A stretch of DNA of 64,000 nucleotides from an uncultured delta proteobacterium (lineage in GTDB: Bacteria; Desulfobacterota; Binatia; UBA9968): assembly GCA_963727625.1 (NCBI GenBank), contig CAVSHR010000005.1:736001-800000 (forward strand). Direction: 5' to 3'. The position numbers and the translations under genes were made by a program. A model generated the notes under the pieces. It saw only the letters and a list, made by a program, of their open reading frames with translations, did not search any database and was not told the DNA's origin. Position 1 is the first letter of the stretch. The number at the start of each line of letters is the position of its first letter. Below are positions 29,970 to 40,275 of the stretch, piece by piece.

Positions 29970-31733
29970 CTAGGCGACAGCCGCATAATCGTTTGGCCCG
30001 CCGCCGTCCAAGCTCAGTTGTTGGCGACCGGCTTTGTCGCGCTCCGCTTGAAATACCGCCTGAGAAATTCGCGCATCGATTTGCGCGGCGAGTCCATCGA
30101 TATCGAGCCCATCCGCTATCGTCGGCATTTCTATGGCCGACACGGAGCTGCGAACTCGACAATTCGCGGCGCGAAATTGCTTGCCGCGGCAGATTTCTTT
30201 TTCGACTCGCGCTGCAAGCTCTCGGCCCGACTCCAGGTCCTTCGCTTGGAGCAAATGAAAAAGTCCGCGCTCGCCCGCCAAGAAAATGTTGGGAAAGAGT
30301 GCTGCCCGCTGCGGCAGTTCCATCTGATTTAAGGCGAGCCAGGTGGTTTCATGCACGGCTTTGGCCACATCCAGAGAAGTCGCAGAATCGTATAACAATT
30401 CCACGGCAATGAGCGACAAAACGTTGGCCGCCGGGCCCTCTTGTTTCAGCAAGGACTGCAACACCTGTTGGAGCGAGAACAGCGGCACTATAAAATGGAA
30501 CTGCGTACCTTTGCCCTCTTCGCTTTCCAGCCAAATTCTGCCTCCCTGCCGTACCACCAACTCCTTGGTAATGTGCAGTCCCAAGCCCAGGCCTTTTCGA
30601 TTGCTTTCGAAGGTATTCTCCACCTGATAGAGGCGGTCGAAAATCTTTTCGGCGTCTGCCGGACTAATGCCGCAACCGGTATCGGCGACGGATACATGGA
30701 TAAACTCGCGGTCTTCCTCAAAGACCTCCGCGCACACCGTGATTTGACCGCCTTTGGGTGTAAACTTTAGTGCGTTATCGACCAGATTGGTAAGGATCTG
30801 TTTGACTCTGCGCGGGTCGACATAGAGCAGCGGCAAGTCGCCGGGAATGTTCTCCAATAGCTCGACCCCCTTGTGGCGCGCGTTTGCCGAGAAAATCCCC
30901 AGGGTCTCGGCGACGGACAAACCCAACGACACGCCGCTCGGGTGCACCGCCAACTTGCCGTTCTCGGCCCGGGTCGCTTCGAGCAAATCCCCGACCATCG
31001 CTTGCAACTGTTTAACGTTGCGCAGCGCAACTTCGAGATATTCCTTCTGCTCCGGTTTCAGCTCCCCGGCTAACCCGTCTAAAACAATCGTGACGAACTG
31101 GTACACGGCGGTAAGCGGAGTGCGCAGTTCGTGCGAGACGTTGGAGAAAAACTGGTCTTTGGTCAAGAGCTGCTGCCGGCGGTTCATCTCGAGCGCGGCA
31201 ACCTTGCGCTTTTCTCGTTTTACTTGGTCGGCCAAGTAGCCGTAGACAAGCGAGGAACCGAGCAGCAACGGAATTCTTAACAATGTATTGGAGTCGAGCG
31301 AGAACTGGGAGCCTGTCGAGACCGGGATGATGAATACTGAAAAAATTCCGACAACCAAGCAGCCGCCAATGATTTGCAGGAGGTTTTCGCCGATCGCCGC
31401 TATCAAGACGCCGGAGAAAAACACTAAGATAAGATCCCAGGGACTCTGCCGGTTGATAATAACTGCCAAACAAATCAGCACCGTGTCGACGGCAACCATG
31501 ACTTGCGGAAACGCGCGATGCGCGAAGACACGCTCAGGAAGACGCAAGAAAACCAGCATCAAGGTCAAGGGCGCAGCGAGCATCAAGAGGCTCAAGGAAT
31601 CTTGCACCAACCGATCCTCTTGCACGAGCAGCAGGTAAGAGCAGGCGATGACGACAAACCATTGGATTTGAATCAAATCACGCCGTCGCTCGCTGCCGTT
31701 CGTAATCCCCAAATGTAAAACAGTCGATAACAT
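29970..31733 (-). CDS. Histidine kinase with 6-TM sensor and degenerate GGDEF-like C-terminal domain
   Basis: Six TMs homologous to the 24199 kinase, VSHELRTPLT, NALKFT, DTGCGI, GLGLGL, then a ~150-aa tail. Confidence 0.88.
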   Translation of the reverse strand: MLSTVLHLGITNGSERRRDLIQIQWFVVIACSYLLLVQEDRLVQDSLSLLMLAAPLTLMLVFLRLPERVFAHRAFPQVMVAVDTVLICLAVIINRQSPWDLILVFFSGVLIAAIGENLLQIIGGCLVVGIFSVFIIPVSTGSQFSLDSNTLLRIPLLLGSSLVYGYLADQVKREKRKVAALEMNRRQQLLTKDQFFSNVSHELRTPLTAVYQFVTIVLDGLAGELKPEQKEYLEVALRNVKQLQAMVGDLLEATRAENGKLAVHPSGVSLGLSVAETLGIFSANARHKGVELLENIPGDLPLLYVDPRRVKQILTNLVDNALKFTPKGGQITVCAEVFEEDREFIHVSVADTGCGISPADAEKIFDRLYQVENTFESNRKGLGLGLHITKELVVRQGGRIWLESEEGKGTQFHFIVPLFSLQQVLQSLLKQEGPAANVLSLIAVELLYDSATSLDVAKAVHETTWLALNQMELPQRAALFPNIFLAGERGLFHLLQAKDLESGRELAARVEKEICRGKQFRAANCRVRSSVSAIEMPTIADGLDIDGLAAQIDARISQAVFQAERDKAGRQQLSLDGGGPNDYAAVA

Positions 31734-31899
31734 TGCGTAATTACCGTTGCCGAATCCAAGTTCCGCAATTGCCGCGCCCCATCGCGCGGTCCACCCGGTC
31801 GAGAAAGGTTGCTACAAGCTCTATTTCCCGTTGCGTTAGTCGATCCTACTTGGACCACCCTTAATGATTGTTGGCCTTTTGCGATCCCTTGTTTATTAA

Positions 31900-31916
31900 G
31901 GCAATATCCAGACCAA
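31900..31916 (-). promoter_or_regulatory. Sigma54 promoter for the minus-strand HK-REC-REC operon
   Basis: Minus strand reads TTGGTCTGGATATTGCC (GG-N10-GC, TTGC at -12). IHF-like TTTCAGCTATTTA at ~31967 and GTCC-N6-GGAC palindrome at ~31994 lie upstream. Confidence 0.55.
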
Positions 31917-32829
31917 CTCCGGTGGAACCCGTCCAGTCCCGTGGAGATCTAAATTTGTCGCTCTATTTTCAGCTATTTACAGAAGCACGGCCAGTCCTAA
32001 AGCGGACCCGCCACAGGCTATACGAAGCTCAGCTTGGATGGTCACTGCACACCCGAACAATTGCGTACATCGTCAGCGGGCGAAGCCGGTTGCAAAACTG
32101 ATCGCGATCTATCCTCTGAAGACGTAATTCGGAACAGTTCCCGAACTATTTCCGCAAAAGGGGACTTTGCAGCACTTCAGACCAATGAATTGAGCGCTTT
32201 GGCGGACGTACTCGTCATATTCACCACCGGACGAGGGACATCAATGCTATGGTGGCGGCAACAGAAGTCATCCGCGACTCCAGCTCCCTGCGCTGGAGCG
32301 CCGAAAAGCGTCAAGCTTCGCCGGTCAAACGCCGTAATGGGGGATTTTTGGAAATTGATCGCGCCTAGCCCCGTGCTTAGAGCAAACTCGCCAATATATT
32401 TGCTGGTGAAATTTCGATCGCCGTTGTTTCAACCTCTACGGGTCAAATTCCCCGAAGCTTGCAACGGGGTAGTTCATCAGCCTCCAAGTTTGTTTAGCTG
32501 CCACTGGTTCAAGTTATTTCAACCCGGCACGAGATAAGTTCGTGTCGATGAAGAGCAACGCGAACACCGGCGCATTGCGGTGAATTGACCCGTCGAACTG
32601 GCGCAAAATAGAACCCATCGTGAGGCGGCGGTTATCGATATCCCCATTGCCGGATGCACGGTCCGCACCACCGTGCGGCGTAACCGAGCCAACTGGGAAC
32701 CTTCACCAATCCGCCAATTCGAACACAGATTACGAGCTTGACCTTTTGACAACACCGCCAGTCGATTTTCACGGCTAGCTGCCTTTACCGGGGTCGGCCG
32801 ACATGCTAGCTAATTGGTTTTCGACAAGA

Positions 32830-32924
32830 GGAGAAGGAAGGTGCCCGGTGGTGCCGCTGGTCTTCAAAACCAGTCTGGGGGTCGTAAGGTCCCCGGAGGG
32901 TTCGACTCCCTCCCTTCTCCGCCA
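32830..32924 (+). tRNA. selC: tRNA-Sec (anticodon TCA)
   Basis: 8-bp acceptor stem GGAGAAGG/CCTTCTCC, 6-bp D stem GGTGCC-CGGT-GGTGCC, anticodon arm CTGGT-CTTCAAA-ACCAG, long variable arm with GTAA loop, 5-bp T stem GAGGG-TTCGACT-CCCTC, GCCA end (8/5 fold). Confidence 0.96.
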
Positions 32925-33029
32925 TTCCCCCACCAAGGCAGCACAGATCACCATGGGAAACGCGTGGCTGCGCTGACCGAAGTGCCTATTGTGAAATAAT
33001 CAGGTTGGTTTTCTTGGCCTGGCTAAGAG

Positions 33030-33335
33030 TCATTTGATCACCGCTTCGAGCCAGTCACGGCTCAGCGGATCTGCCATCGTCAGCGTCAGAAGGATCAGCA
33101 GCCAGAAGAAACCCGCGCCAGCGAAGACCCAGGTCAGGCGGCTGCTGTAACGAACATGCATAAAAAATAGAATCACCAACAGCGCCTTGACAATCGCAAT
33201 CGTCAGGGCGGCGATGGTGTTCAGTTCTCCGCCGAGATCGACGAAGGCGACGCCGGCGGTGGCCAGAGTAAGCAGCAGCAATGCACCGAAGATTGTCGCG
33301 TAGAGTTTAATCGAAACGATATGCTGGGAATTCAT
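33030..33335 (-). CDS. ctaF: Cytochrome c oxidase subunit IV (caa3 type)
   Basis: Probable start [12 protein letters not shown]; AIVKALLVILFFMHVRYS motif, 3 TMs. Confidence 0.88.
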   Translation of the reverse strand: MNSQHIVSIKLYATIFGALLLLTLATAGVAFVDLGGELNTIAALTIAIVKALLVILFFMHVRYSSRLTWVFAGAGFFWLLILLTLTMADPLSRDWLEAVIK

Positions 33336-33982
33336 CCGAAATGCCTTCCGACCAGATACAGCAGAGGAAAAAGGAAAATCCACACGATATCGACGAAATG
33401 CCAGTATAAACCGACCAGCTCGACGGGCGTATAATAACTGGGTGAAAAGCGCCCACGCGCGGTCTTGACGATCAGACTGGCGAGCAGACCGACGCCGATG
33501 ATCATGTGCAGCGCATGCATCCCGGTCATGGCAAAATAAAACGAGAAAAAGATTTCCGCTCCGCCCGCGACCGAGCCCTTGTAGGCAAAAGCGCTGCCCG
33601 GCACCAGATGCTCGACGAATTTGGCGTGATACTCGGTAAACTTTATTCCTAGAAACGCCGTGCCGAGAATGATCGTCAAGAGTAAAAAGATCATCACCGG
33701 CTTGCGCTGGCCGAGCTGCGCGGCACGCACCGCCAGGGCCATGGTGAAGCTGCTGCAAATCAGCACCGCGGTGTTGACGGTTCCCAGCCAGACATCCAGA
33801 TGATTGCTCGCGCCGGCAAAAGCTTGCGGGTAAGAGGTACGATAGATCGTGTATCCCAAAAACATCCCGCCGAAGAACATCACTTCGGTCGCCAAAAAGA
33901 CCCACATGCCGAGCCACGAAGCCTCGTGCTGTTGTCGGATATCGTCGAAATGGTGCGCATGAGACGCGGCGGTATCAGACAT
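33332..33982 (-). CDS. ctaE: Cytochrome c oxidase subunit III
   Basis: [12 protein letters not shown]...[40 protein letters not shown]. Confidence 0.92.
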   Translation of the reverse strand: MSDTAASHAHHFDDIRQQHEASWLGMWVFLATEVMFFGGMFLGYTIYRTSYPQAFAGASNHLDVWLGTVNTAVLICSSFTMALAVRAAQLGQRKPVMIFLLLTIILGTAFLGIKFTEYHAKFVEHLVPGSAFAYKGSVAGGAEIFFSFYFAMTGMHALHMIIGVGLLASLIVKTARGRFSPSYYTPVELVGLYWHFVDIVWIFLFPLLYLVGRHFG

Positions 33983-35618
33983 CTGCCGGCCTCCCCGATG
34001 GATAGATGATTTCGGGTTCCACGGTTTCATAGGCATAGGCGTCCTGTACGACCGTGGGCGTGATATCGAAGTTGCCCGTCGGCGGCGGTGAAGGCGTCTG
34101 CCATTCCAAACCGCGCGCTTTCCAAGGGTTCGCTCCGGCGATCGCGCCGTAGCGCAACGACCAGACGAGATAAACCAGGGGCAGCACATAACCCACCGCA
34201 AGGATCGATGCACCGGCAGTCGACATCACGTTGAGCACCTGAAACTCCGGCGGATAGACGTGATAGCGGCGCGGCATGCCGAGATAACCGAGCACGAACT
34301 GCGGAAAAAAAGTCAGGTGGAATCCGAGAAAAATGATCACGGCAGCCAGCCGCGCCAAAGTTTCCGGGTATTTTCTTCCGGTCATTTTCGGCCACCAAAA
34401 ATGGATGCCGCCGAGATACGCCATGACCGCACTGCCGACCATGATGTAATGAAAGTGCGCGATCACAAAGTAGGTGTCGTGAACGTGGACATCAACTCCC
34501 AAGGTCGCCAGAAACAAGCCCGTCAAACCGCCGATCGTAAACAGTCCGATGAAGCCCAGGGCGTAAAGCATCGGCGCGTCAAAGGAGATCGAGCCTTTGT
34601 AGAGCGTCGCCGTCCAGTTGAATACTTTTACGGCCGAAGGGATCGCCACCAGCATGCTCAAAAGAGAGAAAATCATACTGGCATAGACCGACTGCCCGCT
34701 GACGAACATGTGGTGCCCCCAGACGAGAAAGCCGAGCACGGCGATCGCCAGGCTGGAGAAGGCGATGAAGTCGTAGCCGAAAATCCGTTTGCGTGAAAAG
34801 CAGGTGATCAACTCGCTGATCACGCCCATGCCGGGCAGGATCATGATGTACACCGCCGGATGGGAATAAAACCAGAAGAGATGTTGGAACAAGAGCGGAT
34901 CACCGCCAACCTCGGGATTGAATATACCCAGGTGAAACAAACGCTCCAACGCTACAAGCACAAGCGTGATCGCAATCACCGGAGTGCCCAGGATAAATAT
35001 GATGCTGGTGGCGTAGTGCGCCCATACGAATAACGGCATGCGAAACCAGGTCATGCCCGGCGCGCGCATGGTGTGAATCGTCACGATGAAGTTGAGACCT
35101 GTAAGAATCGACGAAAAACCGGTGATGAATATACCGACGACCGTCAAGGCGACATGGGTATTGGAATAGATGCTGCTGTACGGCGTATAAAAAGTCCAGC
35201 CGGTGTCCACGCCGCCGGCTGCTGCCGCGCTGAGGGTAAACAGTCCGCCCAGAATGTAAATATACCAGCTCGCCAAATTGAGACGCGGGAACGCCAAATC
35301 TCGCGCGCCGATCATCATCGGGATCAGAAAGTTGCCCAACACCGCGGGAATCGACGGTATGAGAAAAAAGAAAATCATCGTGACGCCGTGCATGGTGAAT
35401 AACTTGTTATAAGTTTCCGCCTGCACTAGGTCGCCCTGCGGCGTCAATAATTCCAAACGAATCAACGTGGCAAACAGTCCGCCGACGAAGAAGAAAAAAG
35501 TCACGGAAACTAAATACAGCCAGGCGATGCGCTTGTGGTCCGTCGTGAACAGCCACGACTTGAGACCGTAGTTGACATTCAAATAATGCTGCCGGGGTTC
35601 CTCGGTGACTTCACTCAT
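33975..35618 (-). CDS. ctaD: Cytochrome c oxidase subunit I (heme-copper oxidase, A2 type)
   Basis: [27 protein letters not shown] (YS motif of type A2), VWGHHMF, AHFHY, GMPRRY. Confidence 0.96.
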   Translation of the reverse strand: MSEVTEEPRQHYLNVNYGLKSWLFTTDHKRIAWLYLVSVTFFFFVGGLFATLIRLELLTPQGDLVQAETYNKLFTMHGVTMIFFFLIPSIPAVLGNFLIPMMIGARDLAFPRLNLASWYIYILGGLFTLSAAAAGGVDTGWTFYTPYSSIYSNTHVALTVVGIFITGFSSILTGLNFIVTIHTMRAPGMTWFRMPLFVWAHYATSIIFILGTPVIAITLVLVALERLFHLGIFNPEVGGDPLLFQHLFWFYSHPAVYIMILPGMGVISELITCFSRKRIFGYDFIAFSSLAIAVLGFLVWGHHMFVSGQSVYASMIFSLLSMLVAIPSAVKVFNWTATLYKGSISFDAPMLYALGFIGLFTIGGLTGLFLATLGVDVHVHDTYFVIAHFHYIMVGSAVMAYLGGIHFWWPKMTGRKYPETLARLAAVIIFLGFHLTFFPQFVLGYLGMPRRYHVYPPEFQVLNVMSTAGASILAVGYVLPLVYLVWSLRYGAIAGANPWKARGLEWQTPSPPPTGNFDITPTVVQDAYAYETVEPEIIYPSGRPADV

Positions 35619-36571
35619 TTCTTTCCCTGCGCCCCTTCTTCCCGTTTGAGCGATTTGAGATAGGCAAGTATTTGCATTAGGCCGTCTTCACTGATCTGGC
35701 CCTTGAAGGTCGGCATGATCGGTTTGTACCCAGCCACCACCTTGGCCTGCGGATTCAGGACGGATTCGCGGACGTAGGTTTCGTCTGCAGCCACCGAACC
35801 GCCGCCCTGCAGTTGCACTTTTTTGCCGATTAAACCGACCAGCGACGGCCCGCGGCCCGTGTCATTTGGCAGGTGGCAGGTCACGCAACCCAGTCTTTGA
35901 AAGAGTTTTTCACCTGCGCTCGCCATCGACACCCCCGCGGTCCCGCCGCTCAGCCAAACCTGAAATTCAGTCGGCTCCATGACGATGATCCGGCCCACCA
36001 TGCCGGAATGCTGCGTGCCGCAATACTGCGCGCAAAATAATTGATACGAACCCGGTTTAGTCGCTTCGAACCAAAGCGTCGTGTAGCGTCCCGGCAGCAC
36101 ATCCTTTTTCACCCGGAAGGCCGGAACAAAAAAATCATGGATGACGTCTTGCGAGGTCATCACCAGCTTGATCGGCCGCCCTGCGGGAATATGCAATTCG
36201 TCGATCTCCGACTGTCCCTCAGGATGCTGCACCTTCCACATCCATTGTTTGGCGACGACGGTAATCTCCAGCGCGTCGCTGGGCGGATAATAAGTCACAA
36301 AATACAGCCTGGCACCCCAGACAAAAATAACCATGGTCAATGCGAGCGGAATCGTCGTCCACAAAATTTCCAGGTACAGATTGCCCGGAATCGCTCGCGG
36401 CCGGTCGTCTTCGTTGCGGCGCCGGTACTTGATCGCGAATACGACGATCAAGACAAAAATCAAGGTTGCAAAGAGCGCGCTGACGGCGACGAGGAAATAG
36501 AATAGATCGTCAACGCGCCCGGCCATAGTCGAGGCCTGCTCTGGGAACAGGGGAAAGCCCAAGGTGGACAT
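35615..36571 (-). CDS. ctaC: Cytochrome c oxidase subunit II with fused cytochrome c
   Basis: KQWMW, DVIHDF, CuA motif [13 protein letters not shown]-terminal CVTCH heme c. Confidence 0.94.
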   Translation of the reverse strand: MSTLGFPLFPEQASTMAGRVDDLFYFLVAVSALFATLIFVLIVVFAIKYRRRNEDDRPRAIPGNLYLEILWTTIPLALTMVIFVWGARLYFVTYYPPSDALEITVVAKQWMWKVQHPEGQSEIDELHIPAGRPIKLVMTSQDVIHDFFVPAFRVKKDVLPGRYTTLWFEATKPGSYQLFCAQYCGTQHSGMVGRIIVMEPTEFQVWLSGGTAGVSMASAGEKLFQRLGCVTCHLPNDTGRGPSLVGLIGKKVQLQGGGSVAADETYVRESVLNPQAKVVAGYKPIMPTFKGQISEDGLMQILAYLKSLKREEGAQGKK

Positions 36572-36576
36572 GACGG

Positions 36577-37377
36577 CTATGTCGCTCCCCCGCCCGTGGA
36601 TGCATGGGACCGCTCGCGCCGCAGCATCACGAAAACGAATCCGCCCAGAAGCAAAACTGTGAAGCCGCCGGCGAGCTTGATCACGTTTGTGATCAAGAGC
36701 CCGTATTTTCCGGTGACCGGATCGTAGTGATAACAAAACAGCAGGAGCTGGTCGATCGGCGAGCCGATTTTATCCGCGGCAGCTTCGATCAGCCCCAAGC
36801 GCAGATCGCGCGGTGAAAATTCGATGCCGTAATAATAGCGCGAGGTTTTTCCCGCAGGCGTGATCAGCACGATTCCCGTGGCGTGGCCGAACTCTCCGGT
36901 TTGAGGATCATAATGGTAACGAAAACCAACCGCGCGTGTGAGTTTTTCGATGGCCGCTTCGTCGCCGGTCAGGAAATGCCATCCAGTCTCCGCCCCGGGC
37001 CTGGCGTAGCGTTGGACAAAATCCCGCTTTTTCGCAGCCGCCAGCGTGGCGTCATCGTGCGGATCGAAACTTACGGTCAATACCGTGAACTGGTTTCCGA
37101 TCTCGAAGGAGAGCGCCCGCAGGGTTCGTACCATCCCGTCCAGAAGCAACGGGCAAAGATCCCGGCACTTGTAATAGACAAAGTTAAGGATGACGGGTTT
37201 TCGCCCGAAGTATCGGCTAAGCACGACGCTTTTTCCGGTTTCATCGCGGAACGTGAGACCGAGCGGGATTTGCTGGTTTAGCTTCTGGTCAAAGGCGACG
37301 TCGCGCAGCGCCGCCGGCCGGCTGTTGTCATGCGCGCCAGCCACACCCACAATCCCCATAACGAAGACCAACGACAT
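36577..37377 (-). CDS. SCO1/SenC copper chaperone
   Basis: CRDLC (CxxxC), VSFDP, WHFLTG, conserved His (FGHA), C-terminal TM. Start uncertain (ORF open to 37596). Confidence 0.88.
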   Translation of the reverse strand: MSLVFVMGIVGVAGAHDNSRPAALRDVAFDQKLNQQIPLGLTFRDETGKSVVLSRYFGRKPVILNFVYYKCRDLCPLLLDGMVRTLRALSFEIGNQFTVLTVSFDPHDDATLAAAKKRDFVQRYARPGAETGWHFLTGDEAAIEKLTRAVGFRYHYDPQTGEFGHATGIVLITPAGKTSRYYYGIEFSPRDLRLGLIEAAADKIGSPIDQLLLFCYHYDPVTGKYGLLITNVIKLAGGFTVLLLGGFVFVMLRRERSHASTGGGAT

Positions 37378-37471
37378 CCCGGCAGCTCGCAACCAATTTC
37401 CAAGCTTGATCCGCGTCAAACCCTCGGGCGCCGCCGTGGGTTTAGAGCTCCATGCGCGGACTCGCTCATGC

Positions 37472-37930
37472 TTAATTTGCTTTAACGTTTCTTTGCCCCT
37501 TTCGCCGCGGCGGTCGTTTTTCTGCATCCGGCCCGTTGTTCTTAGCAGTCCTCGCCGGAAGTCCCCTCTGAGCGACAATCGCGATCGCGCGCTCAATCGG
37601 GATTCGAACGATCCCCTTGTCTCGATCGACCCAGTCGTAGTTATTCAGAATCCTGCTTTCCTCCGCTCGCACAGCCTTCAATTCATTGCCTGGCTTGACC
37701 AACAAATGAGGCTCCGGCGTCGGCTCTCGGTTATAGGACAGCGGGCTCGGCAGCGGCCGGGCTCGCGTGACGCCGGTGTATAAAAAATCGAACAAGGCGT
37801 AGCTAGCCAACAGCGTGGCGCCAATGACCACCGCTAAGGTCGCGCCGAACAACGCGATGTTGCGGGGGTTCAAATCGCTCAGCTCGTGGCCGGCACCCGT
37901 GCTATTTGCCGGATTTTTACGCTCAGCCAT
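37472..37930 (-). CDS. actG: Alternative complex III subunit ActG-like
   Basis: GHELSD, one TM, PEPHL, LNNYDWVDRDKGIVRIPIERA motif; position after actF. Confidence 0.75.
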   Translation of the reverse strand: MAERKNPANSTGAGHELSDLNPRNIALFGATLAVVIGATLLASYALFDFLYTGVTRARPLPSPLSYNREPTPEPHLLVKPGNELKAVRAEESRILNNYDWVDRDKGIVRIPIERAIAIVAQRGLPARTAKNNGPDAEKRPPRRKGQRNVKAN

Positions 37931-39116
37931 TTTGCGCCAATCCATGCTCCTCGACGATGGCGATAAATCGCGGGTCGCGGTACGGCAGTAAGGGCCGCTT
38001 TTTTAATTCCGACAAGAACGCAAACAGCCAAACGCCGCCGATGCCGATCGGAGCCAGAAACATCGTCCAATGAATCGCAAAACCGTCGGGATGAAACGTC
38101 GGCGCGACGAACCAGAACAGCTCGATCTGATGCATGAGCGCGATGCCAATGGCGACGGCGCATAACATCGCCGCTCTACGCTTCACAGTGCGCGACAGCA
38201 GCAAAATAAACGGCAGGGCAAATTGCAGCGCGATCAGCGCCATGGCGACCACCGCCCAGCCGCCGCTCATCCGATGAAGATACCAAGGAATTTCATGTTG
38301 GAGATTTTCTACCCAAACAAGCAAAAACTGTGAGAAAGACAGGTACGCCCATAACATCACGAAGGCCAAGAGCAGATTGCCCAGATCGTTAAAGACCCAG
38401 GGCGCGATGACACTCGAGAGCGGCTCGCGGCGCGAGAGAAAATAACTGACGCAGATTACGAAGGTCAAAGCCACCAGGCCGTGGCTGACCATGAAGATCA
38501 TGCCGAAAATCGTCGAATACCAGCGCGGCTCGATCGACATCAGCCAATCGATGGCGGAAAACGTCACGGTCAAACCGTAAAGGATCAGCCCGGGCCCGCT
38601 CAGCGTCTGCAGCCGCTGGGTCAGCGCGGGGTCGGCGCTGCGATCCTGTTGTTTCGACCAGCGGGCGAATAGAAACCCCAAAACAATCCATACGGCGAAA
38701 TAAATGACCGAGCGCGCGATAAAGGCTGGAACGTTAAGATAGGCGGCTTTTTGCTGGAGGATCGGATCGTGTGCGACCACTCCCGGCTGCGCCCACAAAA
38801 ACAGCTCCGGCAAACCGAACAGAATCGGCAGGAAGAGCAACGCCATAATCGGAAAGGTCCGGATCGACGACTCGAGAGCGCGTTGGATGACAAATCCCCA
38901 GGTTCCGCCAACCAGGTGATGGATCATCAAGATGCCCAGACAACCGAGCGGGACCCCGAGCCAAAAGATATAGGCGGTGAGATAGGAGCGAAAAAATTGC
39001 TGCCGGTCAAAATACCCGCCGACCAAGCAAAGCAGCAGCGCCACGCCGCCGATGGCAATGGATATTCGCGATGCCGGATCCAGTTCCGTGGTGAGCTGCG
39101 TATCTAAACCGCTCAT
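37923..39116 (-). CDS. actF: Alternative complex III subunit ActF
   Basis: ~10 TMs, AIDWLMSIEPRWYSTIFG, DLGNLLLAFVMLWAYLSFSQF; ATGA overlap with actE. Confidence 0.88.
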   Translation of the reverse strand: MSGLDTQLTTELDPASRISIAIGGVALLLCLVGGYFDRQQFFRSYLTAYIFWLGVPLGCLGILMIHHLVGGTWGFVIQRALESSIRTFPIMALLFLPILFGLPELFLWAQPGVVAHDPILQQKAAYLNVPAFIARSVIYFAVWIVLGFLFARWSKQQDRSADPALTQRLQTLSGPGLILYGLTVTFSAIDWLMSIEPRWYSTIFGMIFMVSHGLVALTFVICVSYFLSRREPLSSVIAPWVFNDLGNLLLAFVMLWAYLSFSQFLLVWVENLQHEIPWYLHRMSGGWAVVAMALIALQFALPFILLLSRTVKRRAAMLCAVAIGIALMHQIELFWFVAPTFHPDGFAIHWTMFLAPIGIGGVWLFAFLSELKKRPLLPYRDPRFIAIVEEHGLAQNG

Positions 39117-39703
39117 GGTTTTTTCTCGAGGAGCGCACGACGTTCCGGCTCCGGCACGTCGCCGATTACTGCGTTTTGGCTCAACTGCAAGGCGCGGATG
39201 TAAGCCGCGATTGCCCACCTGTCGCGCGCTGAAATTTGCGCGGCATAATCCGGCATGGCGCCGAAACCATGTGACATGACGTCAAAGAAATGACCCGGCG
39301 GGGCGGCGCGCAAGCGCTCGATGTGCAACGACGGCGGCGGCCGATAGCCACGCCGCACGATCATCCCCTGCCCGCTGCCAACCCGATCATGACAAGGAGA
39401 ACAGAAAATGTCGAAACGTTCCCGGCCGCGCCGCAGGACTTCCCTATCGATTGGAAAAGGAAAAGTCTTCGCAGGCTCACCGCCGACCTTCCCGCTGTAA
39501 AGTTGCTCGTCGGCGTCGAGATGGCCGCGCGCGACCGTTCCTTCGACGAGCGGGCGCGAAGCGCGCTGATCGTCGAAGAATTGGCTCTTTTGCAGCGGTT
39601 CGTAGCGCGGCTGATCCGCCATTTTTTGCTGGCACCCGGTTAACCAAAAACAAGCCATTAGCAAACACCAACGCCGCAGTCTTCTTGATCGTTTTATTTT
39701 CAT
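39113..39703 (-). CDS. actE: Alternative complex III monoheme cytochrome c lipoprotein ActE
   Basis: Lipobox LTGC, MADQP, GTVARG, CSPCH heme motif, DRWAIAAYIRALQ. Confidence 0.9.
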   Translation of the reverse strand: MKIKRSRRLRRWCLLMACFWLTGCQQKMADQPRYEPLQKSQFFDDQRASRPLVEGTVARGHLDADEQLYSGKVGGEPAKTFPFPIDREVLRRGRERFDIFCSPCHDRVGSGQGMIVRRGYRPPPSLHIERLRAAPPGHFFDVMSHGFGAMPDYAAQISARDRWAIAAYIRALQLSQNAVIGDVPEPERRALLEKKP

Positions 39704-39708
39704 CGCCG

Positions 39709-40266
39709 TCAGGGATCGACTTCGTAGATGCCTTGCGCGCCCACGGTTTCGAAGAATTCTCGGATACCTTTCAAATCAAATTTGGGATCCTTCGCCTCAA
39801 CGCAGAGAAAAAACCGATTGCGGCTCGCCAGCTCAAAACGCTCGACGTTGAAGACCGGATGATAGGGCATCGGCAAGCCGTTCAGCGCCAGGACGCCGAA
39901 GAACGCCGCTAGCGCCGCCAGAAGAATCGTCACTTCAAAAGTGACCGGAATGAAAGAGGGCCAACTGTTCAACGGTCGTCCTCCCACGTTGATCGGATAA
40001 TTGATGACCGAAGCCCAATATTGCAGGAAGAATCCGCCGAGGCAGCCGAGGACCCCGCCGATCAGGACGATCAGCGGCACGCGCGAGCGATGGAAACCGA
40101 TCGCTTCGGCCAGCCCTTCGACCGGAAATGGGGAATAGGCGTCCATGCGGCGGAACCCCGTCGCGTAAGCGCGCCGCCCCGCTTCGAGCAGCGCTTCCGG
40201 GCTGTCGAACTCGGCCATGAGCCCGTAAATGGAAAACCTGTTGATCGAAGATCCTGGGTCAGCCAT
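39709..40266 (-). CDS. actD: Alternative complex III subunit ActD (DUF3341)
   Basis: MAEFD, DAYSPFPVEGL, YPINVGGRP, FIPVTFE, NGLPMPYHP. Confidence 0.9.
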   Translation of the reverse strand: MADPGSSINRFSIYGLMAEFDSPEALLEAGRRAYATGFRRMDAYSPFPVEGLAEAIGFHRSRVPLIVLIGGVLGCLGGFFLQYWASVINYPINVGGRPLNSWPSFIPVTFEVTILLAALAAFFGVLALNGLPMPYHPVFNVERFELASRNRFFLCVEAKDPKFDLKGIREFFETVGAQGIYEVDP

Positions 40267-40275
40267 AAGTACGAT

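Noticed and set aside
32034-32537. 167-aa ORF upstream of selC
   Set aside because: No SD, atypical composition, no motif; not supported as a CDS.
33336-33917. Long N-terminal extension of the subunit IV ORF (similar ORF-track extensions on coxIII, coxII, sco, actF, glgX)
   Set aside because: Extensions overlap upstream genes in another frame; internal ATGs give normal-length proteins.
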